From the human T2T-CHM13v2.0 reference genome, Homo sapiens: a DNA stretch of 64,000 nucleotides. Both the position numbers and the translations under genes were made by a program. The stretch lies in assembly GCF_009914755.1 (NCBI RefSeq), contig NC_060945.1. One strand, written 5' to 3'. The notes beneath the pieces were generated by a model. It worked only from the letters and a program-made list of their open reading frames with translations, was not told where the DNA came from and did no database searches. Below, piece after piece: positions 1 through 13,570 of the stretch. Positions within the stretch are counted from its first letter, which is position 1, and every line of letters starts with the position of its first letter.

Positions 1-3000
1 TGAAAGTTCATGTAAATGCAAAAATCTTGTAACACAAGATTTTACTACTGCTAACATTCCTCAACAACACTCATTCGGAAACAATAAATTTAAAAGTCAT
101 ATTGCTAAATGATAAATTTTAAAATGTGATACTAAGGGCTTCTTCACATTGATATAACCTTACATTTGCTTATCTACAACTATAAGGATGTCACTTAAAA
201 CAGTAGCAGACTTGTAAGAATGGGGTGAAAAGTTCCTTCAGCATCGGCATCATAAAGCTGCTAATCTAAAAACATATATATGAGCATTTTACATAATTTG
301 AATTACTAAATCTTAACTTCATTGTTCCAGTATTTTCTGACCTAGGTATGTGACACACGAGATTCAGATTAAAATTCTAAAAAATAACACAGAGTTGCTT
401 TAAGGAACCAAAAAGTGCAGAGTGCTATGAGAACACAGACTGGAAACCTAACCTAGCCTAAGGGATCAAGGAAGGCTTCCTTTAAGGAAGCTTTTAGACG
501 AGAGGTGAAAATTGTGAAGGGATTTGCCAGACAAAAAGCACTTTGGAGAGTTAACTACTTCATGCAGACTAAGGCAGTTTTTAGAGGGGGCTTGAAATCA
601 CACTGGAGCTCTACACAGCCACATGATGCCAGAGCTACTACTCCGTGCTGACCAAACTTAGGAGGGCTCAGATATGTTTGTTACCAGTGTCTCAAAGCCA
701 AATTTTCAAATTTCACAAACAAGTCTAATTAGTACTCTTCTAGAACAGAAGTGATATTCCTTTTACGTATCTGAAGTTCACGGGCCCTTGAATTTTAGGT
801 CTTTCTTGCAGCCATGAACAGTCAAACTATCTAAAACTGCCTTCATGGTACACACCAATCTTGATGGCAGTTTGTTTTGTAGGACCCTGCCTGAAGTTTC
901 CAGACACTTAGCATTCAAAAGGTAAGGCTGTAGATCACTGAAATAACCAGTTGATATCCTCCACCCACACTAGACATCTGGAGGACTCCACCACATTCTT
1001 TTTACTACTAAGTACTAGAAAATGAGAGCTCTTTTAGTCAGATACTATCAAGTAACACTATTATTCTGTAGCAATGAAACTACCAATGCCAACCTTCTGA
1101 ACTTTTTCTTCTGTGAAGATGTTTGCCCTTCTGTCACAAAGCTGACTGAAGGGCAGATGAGTACAGGTAAAAACTGCTTCTGTGGACTGACATGTTCATA
1201 CAGCTAGACTAATGAGGCAGGCCTCTGCCCTCACAGTGCAAGCACTTCAGATTTTTCCCTAAGTCTATGAAACTGATTTCACACTTCTCTAAGATCAGTT
1301 GAGCGTTCTCCCCAGAATAGGTTAGGAAATACTTTATTCAAAGCAACCCCACCACATACACATCAGTTCCTTTTGCCAACTAACTTATGTGATTCACATG
1401 TTTTTCCAGTGAAATTCTAAGGGCACTATGTTTTGTTCAGTGTTCAGTCTCCAGGCATTGTAAATGGCATTTTACCAGAGTAAGACACTCATCACGGCAT
1501 TACTCTCATGCAGCATGCCCTTACCTCCTTCAGCTGGACTCTGTGGGAAGAGAAGTGGCTTAAAGTGCACTGTGTTTACCACTTCAAAGACACTTCTCTT
1601 GGGAATTTTAAAATTATGAACTAGTATCTCCAACAAGTCAACCCTATATCCAAAATTAATCTTTAACACATTAAATCAATGTTAGCAAATGCTAAAATGT
1701 AAATATGCTACAAAGGGTAAACAAAAATTTTAAAATATGCAAAATTAAGGTGAAATTTGCACTTTATAGTAGGATGAGAATATACTATTATCAACTAGCT
1801 GCACCATTTGCATTTGGAAGAAAAGAACAGATAACTGGTTCATTCCCAACAACCTATTCATCCAGACAAATAGATAAAATTCTATTTCAACTACAATTTG
1901 TAACAAAATGCTTTAAGTTGCAGAAATTCCATTTTGATGTGTGATCAAAGTACCTATACTGACAATTTAGGAACCTAGTAAATACTAATTCTAACACATT
2001 TTAATAAATGTTTATTTGTCATCCAGAATAATGGAAAAGTTAAGATTCTGCAGGAAAAAAAAAACTAAAATCAGGTTTTTAAAAAATACTTAAGGAAATT
2101 TGAACTTCAGTAACTATGCCCAAGGGAGGGAGAATTTGAATTACACTGTACTCTAACTTGATAAAGCTGAATCTCTTAAGTCTTAGACAATAAAACAGGA
2201 ATTTCAGAGAATAAGGATAAAAACAATCTGAGGAAGACAAAACTGTGGAGAATTTTTTTAAATACATTCAAGTCAGTGTTAATTTTATTACTGAAAACTG
2301 AGTAAATTATAAAGTGCTTTTTCTCAAGAAAACTACAAACAGTTTTAGAAATATATATAGGATATTTCAGGGTTAGAAGTCAAATTTGTGTGTTAGGGTA
2401 CAAGCTTAAGAACTCTGGATGTTGCTGCTCTAACAATGCATTTGTGATGGTGCCATGTGATACTAAGAAGTCAGTAGAATCCCACCAGTCCTACTGCCTC
2501 AGATGAGTCTTGTTTCAGTCATGGGTTTACAAAGTCATTGAGTGCTTGAGGACTTGTTTTCCTGGAAGTGATTCCCTACTTGGGTATGGCAAGAACACAT
2601 CAGTAGTGTAAAACTGTACATCTGTAGTAGCACTCCATGATCATTTCCCTGGATGACCACTTTAAATTATAACTCACAGATATGTGTGTATTCTAAGATG
2701 GTATATGTGGTGAATAGAAACCTGGATACAAACATAACAGTTCTGACTCAACACAATCTCTAGTTTCTACATTTTAAGGATTAATCATATTCTAATTAGA
2801 CTTTTTTTTTATTTTTAAGCTACCTTATTTACAGATTCTGCACAATATTTCATCATACAAAACTGTTTTCCTAAATTCAAAGTAAACTGCATATGGTTAC
2901 TACAGAAGCATTATAAAATTTTCATTGGCATTTTTAAAATTGGAGCATTTAAAACAGATTTGAGAATGAGAAAAGAATGTCTGACTCAAAATGAAAACAT

Positions 3001-5003
3001 ACTAGCCTCTTTCATAAACTCCTAGAATCTTGACATTATTGGTTGCTGTGGTTGGTGGATAAATCAAATCCACAAAGTGGGTAAACCCTCTAGGTGCAAG
3101 TTATAAGCTCCCTCAAGCAAGCCTTTTATCAGAAAAGACTTGAGATATTCTCTCCTCTGTCTGCCCTTCATTGATAAGCAATGAAATGACCCCAAAACTC
3201 AGAAAGCAAATAACATTTATCAATGATCTTCATCCCTCCCAAAGCAGAAGTTTCCAAAAACATCCCATAAACTGAAGTACCCCAATGGCTGTAGAATAAA
3301 ATGGTTTCTGTAACTTGCTGTGTTTTTAAACAGTTCCGTTTTCTAGGGGGAGCTGGTAACACTGCAGTATGGCAGCATCAGGTCAAAAGACCATCAGAAA
3401 TAATTCCATGAACTAGTTCATTAGCTTATTCATTTTTAGGGTTCATTTACTCAATGATGGGCACCACACAACTCTGAATTTTTGTTCTTATTCTGGAACT
3501 ACAACTAATCTAGCTCATCACAATACAGTTTTCTCTCACCCCTAGAAAAACTCAGATTTGTGATGGCTATTGCAATTTTTAATAAAAATCTCATAAAAGC
3601 CTTATTTTGAAATATGAATTCAGGGACTTTATACTTAACTGCTTAATTTGCTTTTTAGAAGCAATACCTTAAGAGCATTTCACACTAAATGCAGGCAGAA
3701 TCAGAAGTAAATACTTGTTTTCAATCTACCCTATTACTGTACTACTGGAAAGAAACCAGGCCACAGACAATCCAATGGCAAACCCCTTTTCCAGCAGGGC
3801 TCCTGACTCGCTTCAGTTCCCCTATCCAAGCTCATATGTAAAACTCACAGCGCTCGCACCCCTATATTCTGCCTGCATGAAAAGAAATTACCAGTGGAAA
3901 AGAGGTTGGGGAACCACTTGGGACAAGTCTGGAATTAACCAGCTAGAATGTATTTGGCTTGGAGTAGTGTTTTGTTTTGTTTTTTAACTCTTTTGCTTGT
4001 TAAGATGAAAATGCTAAATTTATTATATCCCATTTAAGAACTGACAAAAATCATCTAAATGAATAGATTAATTTAGAACATTAACGATCTTATGTGAAGT
4101 GGAAAACTAAAGATCTGCTTGACAGGCTCATGTAATTTTTTGATTGGGATTTTGTAGGTGAATATATAGTTGCAGTCCAAGGACTGATTCACATTTAGAA
4201 AATTAACTTGAATATATCAAAAATTAAAGATCCCTTTAACTTTTACCCACTGATCAAAAAAGGTAATTTTTAAAATGATTTACCTTGTAAAACAAAGGGG
4301 TAGAGCTGCTACAGTCCATCTAGGCTCTATATACTGGTCATCTCATTTCAGTTAGGTCAATTGGACTGCCTCTTCTCTTTGGCAGTCTAAAATCTCATTT
4401 AAGGGCTTTAATAAATGAAAAAACTTACCTTAAAACTGACATAACTAAAATATGACCAGAAAGTATACCATAGCATTGATAATTAAATTCAAACTATTGG
4501 TCTTGCCATACTTGAGAAACAGATGTATAGTCTAATTATTTACATGTTGCCAAAGATAGAGCCTGCAGATTGGTAGAATCCAAATGATGTGACTCTCCCC
4601 CTCCCTCCATCAAATCTAGAAAAGCAATTCTTGAGCAGACACCAATTTAAAGATATTTTTCTACCAATTTAACAATATATTAGGAACCAGCTTGGCAGAT
4701 TATGAAAAAGGTAAAAATCTCTTACTTTTGAGAATCCCCATGTATCCTTGGGCAACATCTCTGTAATTTAACAGCCTTTAAAACTTAAAATCGTAAGAAA
4801 AGACAACACAGCCCTTAGCATTACATACTTTACTTTTCAATCCTTAGTATTCACAGTTTGAGCTAGGAATTAACATTTGCTAATCTAGTTGGACTCAGTT
4901 TTTCCCACAATGCTCTATTTTCTCACCTAGTTTTGACAAATTTATTCCTTCTCTTCCCAAATACTAGGATAAGAGACAGTCTCAAACTGTTAAGTTGCAA
5001 ATT

Positions 5004-5873
5004 TCTTGGGGTTTCTGCTTTATTATTTCCTTGATATCCACAGCAGAAATTCAGAGGTATAACTTCAACATTAACAGGTGAAAAGTTCTACAATGACTTG
5101 TTGCACTCCATCACATTAAAATAATTGAACTATAATTTCCATACAACATAAGAAAACTACAGTATTTGGTGACAACTGCAAGATACCTGATAAATAAATA
5201 TATCAACTTACTATTCATGAAAAGAATGGAGCTGGTTATTTCAGCTTTAAAAGGGCAAAGCAAAAAGACCATTTTCTAGCCATTTAAAAGTTACTCAAAA
5301 AATTGATACAATGGAGTGGAAAGGAAAACAAAAAAGATCGTAAGCACCTTTAACAATGTTCTTGCATTCTACTGATATACAAACCTCTGGGGTTTCAGTT
5401 GGCACAATCAAGTTCAACTTGTACTAACAGAAAATATTAAAATTCTTCCTATTTAGTTTTTAATATCAAACAGGGAGGTTAGTAAATTGTTTTCTGATTC
5501 TTCTACAAAAAAAAAAGTCTAGAAGACAGAGGGAATGTAGTGTGCACCCCTTATTCTAAGTGATAATTTTTACTTACGAGGTCATAACGAGTGCAAAGGG
5601 CTTAGTGATGCATCTTATTCTTTACTTTTGGACAGTAACACCCTCAGATGGTATTTTTATTGGTTTGTTTTATATTCCCCTTTTCCATTTGCCCTTCTGT
5701 TTTGAAGTGCTTTTTCTTAAAACTTAAGTTCTTTGCCTCCATTTTCTTATAAACCCAATTTCCTCTTTAGGTGCAGCTCTACTATTTGAAAGGAACCTTT
5801 CTGTTGTAATTTACAAGCTGTGAGTAACTGCTATATCATTGTTTCCAAGGATTAATAAACTGAGAAATGATTT
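5004..5873 (-). pseudogene. Probable 5'-truncated retrocopy of the SMARCE1 (BAF57) 3' UTR
   Basis: Minus strand aaatcatttctcagtttattaatccttggaaa...gaggaaattgggtttataagaaaatggaggcaaagaac...ggatatcaaggaaataataaagcagaaaccc resembles my recollection of the SMARCE1 3' UTR and ends just after an AATAAA. No clear poly(A) tail or TSD; not database-verified. Confidence 0.6.
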
Positions 5874-7261
5874 AATCAGATATTTGCCACTTACAAAAAG
5901 GGAGGCTGACCTTAGGAATTATTTGAATATGGGATAAACTTTTCCTTTTATTCATAAGTTACTTCACATTGTAAGTATACCTTTTTAAATAAGGAGGACA
6001 CGAAAAAAGAAAGCTTTGTTAACACTCATCTATCTTGTCAATGTTTGAAATCATTTTTCCTTTATATGCTTGGTAAAGTGAGTCTTTCCAAGAAAGCAAA
6101 AATCAAATCTGAGTACTTCAAAGCCTGTAAAACCATAAATGAATAAAACCATAGGACTTTGGACATACACAACCAAAGTAGTTTTTGTTTTTCACATACA
6201 CCATTAAGTTGAACTTCAAGTGCAGTGGAAAGGTACAGCACTTATTTCTGGATCAGTTCACATTCAAATTATAACCCTTTATCTTTTTCTCAAGAATACT
6301 ACAAACTGACCCTAAACATTAAAGTACACCTGTGCATTAAATCCCTGGGCATTTTGCATAACGTAGAAAAAAAAGGCCAAACATGTTCTAGTGCTCAATG
6401 TAAACATTTTAACTATTAATGATTTATTAATTTTCCTTAAAGGTACTTAGGAGTGTGTGTGTCACATATTCAAAGTTAACCTTAGGAATAGCACCATAAC
6501 CAAAAAAACCCATAAAAATTATTTTCTCCATTATCTCTCAGTTTTATTTCATAACTTGAGAAGCTACCATTGTCGGCTATGCTTTTAAAGACATCAGGTC
6601 CATTCTTGCTGCTTCTGATGAAACCAAATCTGATTAAAAACCAAAATACCACTTCTGTATGCAAGGGTCTAACTATTTTGGACTGAAAGAAAAAATGGTA
6701 ATTGGATGGCCAGTCAGTGACCAATTAATGCAGTCCAAATAATCAGAATAGTTCTATTAATGAAGCCTAAACTGTCAAAATATTGTTTTATACCAAAAGA
6801 ATGTATGTACTTATGAATGTATTCCATATTTATTTATGGATTTTTTTGGTACCTTTTTGCAAATGATGGTAAACATGGAGTTAAAACCTGAGAACAGATT
6901 ATAAAAGAGAAGGTTAAGAAGAGTTTAAATAAATTAATGGATTTGACATCTATCACCAGTTTTTAAAATTAGCAAAGTAAAAGGCATCCCATTAGTCTTT
7001 TCAGTCTTAGTCAAGGACAATTATCATGAATCAATCTGTTTACTATCTACTTAACACAAGTTCTGAGAAGAAAAGCATCATAGTTCTGAAATGGTGATAG
7101 CTCTCTAAGCCACAAATGAGAGGAGGTTTCCCACCTATCTCAGTTGATAATGTCCAAAAACATCCTTCCCCATGCATCAGAGTAGAAAGAAAATGTACCT
7201 TCTACTATGTCAAATGGAATAGATAACTACAAAATAGGAACACTTCAGAACATTCTCTAAC

Positions 7262-7476
7262 ATTAATACCAGTCTGATGCTTCGCCTTGTCTGCCACTTC
7301 AAAGATACACAGGAGAAAAGGTTTTGTCTGAAACCAAACACAATTAGGGCTAATAAATAACATTGTCTAATATTGATACCAGTCTGATGCTTCACCTTAT
7401 CTGCCACTTCAAAGATACACAGGAGAAAAGGGTTAATTTTGTCTGAAATCAAACACAATTAGGGCTAATAAATAAC
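7262..7476. repeat. Tandem duplication, two copies, period about 110 bp
   Basis: ataccagtctgatgcttc(g/a)cctt(g/a)tctgccacttcaaagatacacaggagaaaag...aaacacaattagggctaataaataac starts at 7266 and again at 7376. Confidence 0.95.
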
Positions 7477-8834
7477 TTACAGGTGGGGTACTGTAACATA
7501 TCCCTTACCCACTAAATATGTAAACCATTTGAATCAAGTCCATCTTCAGGCACAAACAAGTTAGGAATGGCCATCTACACTGGAGTAGCATAACCTATCA
7601 AGTATTTGGTTAGAAAATAAGTGTACTATTTGTGTGATAAACTTTCACTTTAAATGGATTATAAAATTATTTTCCCACAAAACATGACAGTTTCTTATAT
7701 TTGGACTAGAAGTCACTAATAAAGATACATTTAGTTGCCCCAGCAAAGAATGCTTAGGATTGCACATGGAAGCAGTAAACTAAAACAAAGAGATGGAGAA
7801 TGACATTTAGCTATTTTCCTATATAGATAAGATTTGCAATTGTACTCTTAACAAAACTCACCTCTACAATTGGAATACAGATGGGGGAAACCTACATATT
7901 AACTTAAATACTCTTTTAGCCCTGTACACTCTATTAAAGAACACACTTCTAAATCTAAGGCACACGAATTCCTCTATTTCACAGAGTAAGATTATGGAAG
8001 AGCAAGATTTTGGTTAAATCCCTTACAATGGAAACCAGGAGATCTTGGACAGAAGACAGATTATATAGCATTTTGTTAGTGCACAATTTAAAAGAAAATG
8101 CTCTGACTATGCTCTGGTCCTAGAGGTTTAAAACATGCACTCAAATCATTAAAAATAATTTACCAGCACTTTATAAATTCAAGTTTATAACATAAAAGTG
8201 ACAACGTTTTCCTTAAGAAGAAAAAAACCCAACAGCACTTGGGAAGAAAATTAGAAACCATTTCAATGAAAGTGACCAGATCTGGTATAATGCATTCTAC
8301 TCAAGTAGCCAGGGGAAGAAAAAAAAAAAAGTGGTAGGTACCTCGCCTACTAATCATGGTTACACGTCCCATGATTATAGTGTCAGTATGCATGTATTTA
8401 TGAAGAATCTGTAAACATAGGTTGTGAAATTGTTGTAACTACTATAGAACAGGGGTTAGAAACTACTGCCTCTTTGACAAATTCAGAAAATAACTGCATG
8501 ACACTTGCTGCCATGAAAGTAATGCTCATTGGTTTTGATAACCAGGATGTCTAGTGTTTAACATATTTCAAACTCTTGCTATATGTAGTCAAATACTGTC
8601 AAAATAGATCTGCCCCCAAAATGAAGCATATTTTGGCACCTGTGCTGAATGCTGCTACAAAGACCAGCAAGTGCAAATAAAAATAACAGTCATGATTTAG
8701 TCACATTCATAACTTTTCATAGAAAAATATAAATATATTCCCTGAATTGTAAGACAAAAAAATAATTTTAACAGCCAGCTTTCACCATAAATGCCAGTCC
8801 ATTTCCTCTTAAATGAACTGGCTTTCCCTCAAGG

Positions 8835-9991
8835 TCATAAGGTGCAACCATTGAAATCTAACACATTTTCTAAACTTCTGTCATCATCCCCATCATGGTA
8901 TCTCACAGTCCTTCTACCCTGATTTCTCGTTTTTATTTTTGAACGTCGAAGAACTCTTTTAGATTTTGCATAGTCCAAATCCTCCCAGTCATTATCATCC
9001 ACACTTAACCTAGGGCGTTTGCTTTGTCTTTGACGTCTCACAGTTTTAGATATGTTAGCTGTAAAAGTTTTACCTTTTCTAACTACTTTTGCTTTTCCTT
9101 TCGTTTTCCTCCTTTTGGTTTTTGTATTATCAGTACAGTCAATATCTGATTCAGTTACAGATCCCAAATCTGATGATTTGGAACTAGTATCAGGTCTAAA
9201 CTTTGAATTCCCAGTTGTTTCAGAGATTTTCACATTTTCCAATTCAGGATGCGATCTCTTCCTTTTTACTTCCTTCTCTGCTGTTTCCTGTGAATCATGA
9301 ATCACTTTTGTCTTACTAAAAGGAGCCTTTCCATAGGTCCTGAGTCTTCTGCCATTCCACCTGCGCAGCCCATAATTCAGTTCCACTTCAAAATTATTCT
9401 CTGCAGTAGCTTTTTGTGCCAAGGTTGACTCTGAAGAAAATGTCCTATCAGTCTCACTCCCTGGAATATGACTTTTTGAATCTTCTCCTGAAGATGTAAC
9501 AGAGGAACTTTTTCTTTTAGAAGGTGCATCTATTTTGTGAATATTGGTATGCCTGTGCTTGTGTTCTGAATTCAACATATCTTCAGAGTCTGAGTCTCCA
9601 TTTAGAGCCTGACTAAGCACTTTTGTACTACCTTCGGAGTCAGGATCAGGTGGCTTGCCTTCACAGGCATACTGTTCACTTGGTACTTCACAATGTACAC
9701 TTCCTTCACAATCACTCAATTTCTTCTTAGCTGTAGTACAAGCAAGATGGAGAGGTTTTTTCCTTCCATTTTTGCTTCTAGTGTGCACATTTTCTAAACT
9801 GACATCTTCTACATCACTCATGAGCTTGATCTTATTGGCAGCCGTAGCTGCACATCTTCGAGTAATCCTCAGGAGACCTGTTCTGGCTTTTGATGATTTC
9901 TTAACCACCTGTAAACTACTGTCTGAGTCACTGGAACAGACCCTTTTCCTGGAAATTTTTCTGCTTAGTCCATTGTCTTGTGATGCAGAAT
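8835..9991 (-). CDS. BRWD1: BRWD1 terminal coding exon (1157 nt of CDS to TGA), ends ...LENVLDFNGCTL
   Basis: ttttag acceptor at 9992-9993, frame open to the stop at 8835-8837; contains ORF 8835..9908. Confidence 0.95.
9068..9077 (-). promoter_or_regulatory. BRWD1: Internal alternative 5' splice site (AAAG|gtaaaa) in the terminal exon; exon would end at 9074
   Basis: Donor-like sequence at VVRK|G, the point where I recall the two main BRWD1 isoforms diverge; positionally equivalent to the donor of the paralogous 900-nt exon. Confidence 0.75.
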
Positions 9992-10130
9992 CTAAAAGTT
10001 AAAGAGCAGATTTCTATTAATCTTTTGTAAGTCTAAAGGAATTATATGTTCAATATTAAAAACAAGTTCAGAATTCGTATTAATTTGAAGGGGGTATTGC
10101 AGTGAATGGAATGGTACACACCTATTAGTA

Positions 10131-10489
10131 TAGTCATATGTTGCTCAACAGCAAGGATACATTCTGAGAAATGCATCGTTAGGCTATTTCGTCTTAAGCA
10201 AACATCACAGAGTGTGCTTACACAAACCTTACAGTACACCCTACTACACATCTAGGTTATATGGTATAGCCTATTACTCCTAGGCTACAAACCTGTATGA
10301 CATGCTACTGTTCTGAATCCTGCAGGCAGTTGTCACACAATGGTAAGTCTGTGTCTGTGTATCCAAACAGAAAAGGTAATGCACTGCACTAGGACTTGAG
10401 GACAGCTATGATTACTTCACTAAGCAATAGAAATTTTTAACCTTCATTATAATCTTATGAGACCACCACTGTTATGCAGCACATGACTG
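10131..10489. mobile_element. Tigger3/Golem-type non-autonomous DNA transposon
   Basis: Termini tagtcatatgttgc...gcagcacatgactg are inverted repeats flanked by TA; internal gatacattctgagaaatgcatcgttaggc. Confidence 0.75.
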
Positions 10490-11338
10490 TACTTTAAAGC
10501 AGTAACTTTTTCATCCTCAGCACCATTCACAAATTCAACACATTCTCAATAACATCCCATGATCTTGACACTATAATATTAACATGAATACAACTAAACT
10601 GTTTACCATAGCACTAGCATATGCAAAGTAATCACTTAACACTCAGCCTCTCTGAAACTCCCCGTAACTCCCCAAGCTCCAATCACACAATTACTTTTCA
10701 TCTTAGTTTTAGCTGTCTTCTGCTCTACAGTATTTTATCAATCCCCATGTACCAGGGGTACAATCTTAATTCAACAAGTTATTTCACCACTTTGTGCTCC
10801 AGTTATTACCTGTAAAATGAACAATAATGCTAGTACCTACTTCATAAAAGAAATGAAGACTAAACTGCTTATTAATGGAAAACATTTAGAAAAACTTCCT
10901 AATAGAAACAGCTCAGTAACTGTTTTATTTGCTATTACTAACATCTCTTTTTATTAAATAGTCCTACCCTTTTTGTCTACTACTTAAGCTATCAACATCA
11001 CAGCTTATAAATGTGCCCCTCTCTGCTTTATTCAAGCCCATCTCTAATATAATATATCCCCATCATCAATACAAGAAGTGAAATCTTCAATAGGCATAGT
11101 TCTTAAGGCCAAGATTGCCTGTTAGGTGAATAAAATTATACTCAATAAAAAGTTACGCATGCACATAAGAATATAAAGGATGAACAGAGAAGGCTAACAC
11201 AGAATGCATGGGAGGGAGAGAAACAGCAAAGAGAAAAAAGTTTCAAGGGAAACTTTTTCGGGGGGAAAAAACCAATGTGTGTAAGAGAAAAGGATGGTGA
11301 GAGTCAATCAGTGAACAAAGATAAATGTTTTGAATTAC

Positions 11339-12628
<1,290 letters not shown>

Positions 12629-12794
12629 TTTTCTTCACTTTTTAATGCCAAAATTCATTTCCTTCCTAAATCTAAGGAACCTAAAGGACATTAACTTAAT
12701 CTTACGTAGATGCATTAAATCAAGAATCTATTCAATTTATAACTTTTGGATTCTTTTGATATACATTCCATAAAAGTACTACTGAGTCTCTTAC

Positions 12795-12962
12795 CAGTTT
12801 TTCTTTGAGCAGCTCTAGTTCTGGTTACCCTGAGATTGCTGCTTCTGGATAGCCCACTGCGTGAGGAGGATTCACGAGCTCTGGAACTCTCTTTGCTTTC
12901 CTCAGAACTACTGGAAGCTGACGATGACAAAGAGGTAGCTAAAGAATCTTCCACTTCACTTT
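12795..12962 (-). CDS. BRWD1: BRWD1 exon (168 nt), Ser-rich [19 protein letters not shown]...AAQRKT
   Basis: tcctag acceptor, CTG|gtaaga donor; phase 1-1. Confidence 0.93.
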
Positions 12963-13279
12963 CTAGGAAAAATAAAGTGTAAATAGTTACATATATTCTC
13001 CTGTCTTTACACACATAAGCAAGCAGTTCATAACATTACTCTGAACATTACATAACATTACTACAAAAGCAGATTCCTAAAATGCTTAGAATATATTTTT
13101 TAAAAACCATTCCCAAAAAAAGCTGATGAAATTTGGAGTATTAAAAGGTACATAATCAGCATTCCAAATAGTTTTTAATTCTATTTCTAAAAATAACAGA
13201 TTAATCCTAGTGTAGATTTACAAAATATAGTTTATGTATTTTATAAACAGACTTCCAATTAAAAATTTAATTAGCTGCA

Positions 13280-13570
13280 GGCCGGGCACGGTGACTCACT
13301 CCAGTAATCCTAGCATTTTGGGAGGCTGAGGTGGGTGGATCACTTGAGGCCAGGAGTTCAAAACTAGCCTGGCCAAATAGTGAAACCCCATCTCTACTGA
13401 AAATACAAAATTAGCCAGGCGTGGTGGCAGGACCCTGAAATCCCAGCTACTGGGGAGGCTGAGGCAGAAGAATCACTTGAACCCAGGAGGGGAAGGTAGC
13501 AGTGAGCCAAGATCGTGCCACTGCACTCCAGCCTGGGCGACAGAAAGAGACTCTGTCTCAAAAATAAATT
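13280..13570 (+). mobile_element. AluS
   Basis: ggccgggcacggtg... dimer with A tail. Confidence 0.95.

Larger units (their letters stand above)
1..8834 (-). other. BRWD1: Probable long 3' UTR of the read-through BRWD1 isoform (intron of the isoform that splices at 9074)
   Basis: Follows the stop codon; AT-rich; no Alu seen in 8.8 kb against about 30 in the remaining 55 kb; several minus-strand AATAAA (e.g. 5019-5024, 2011-2016). The true 3' end cannot be fixed from sequence. Confidence 0.65.

Noticed and set aside
7262-7476. CRISPR-like or snoRNA interpretation of the direct repeats containing CTGATG
   Set aside because: Only two copies, no spacers, eukaryotic context, and no complete C/D box pair with a terminal stem
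9052-10002. Plus-strand ORFs 9052..9300 and 9655..10002
   Set aside because: Antisense shadows of the BRWD1 coding exon with no independent protein features
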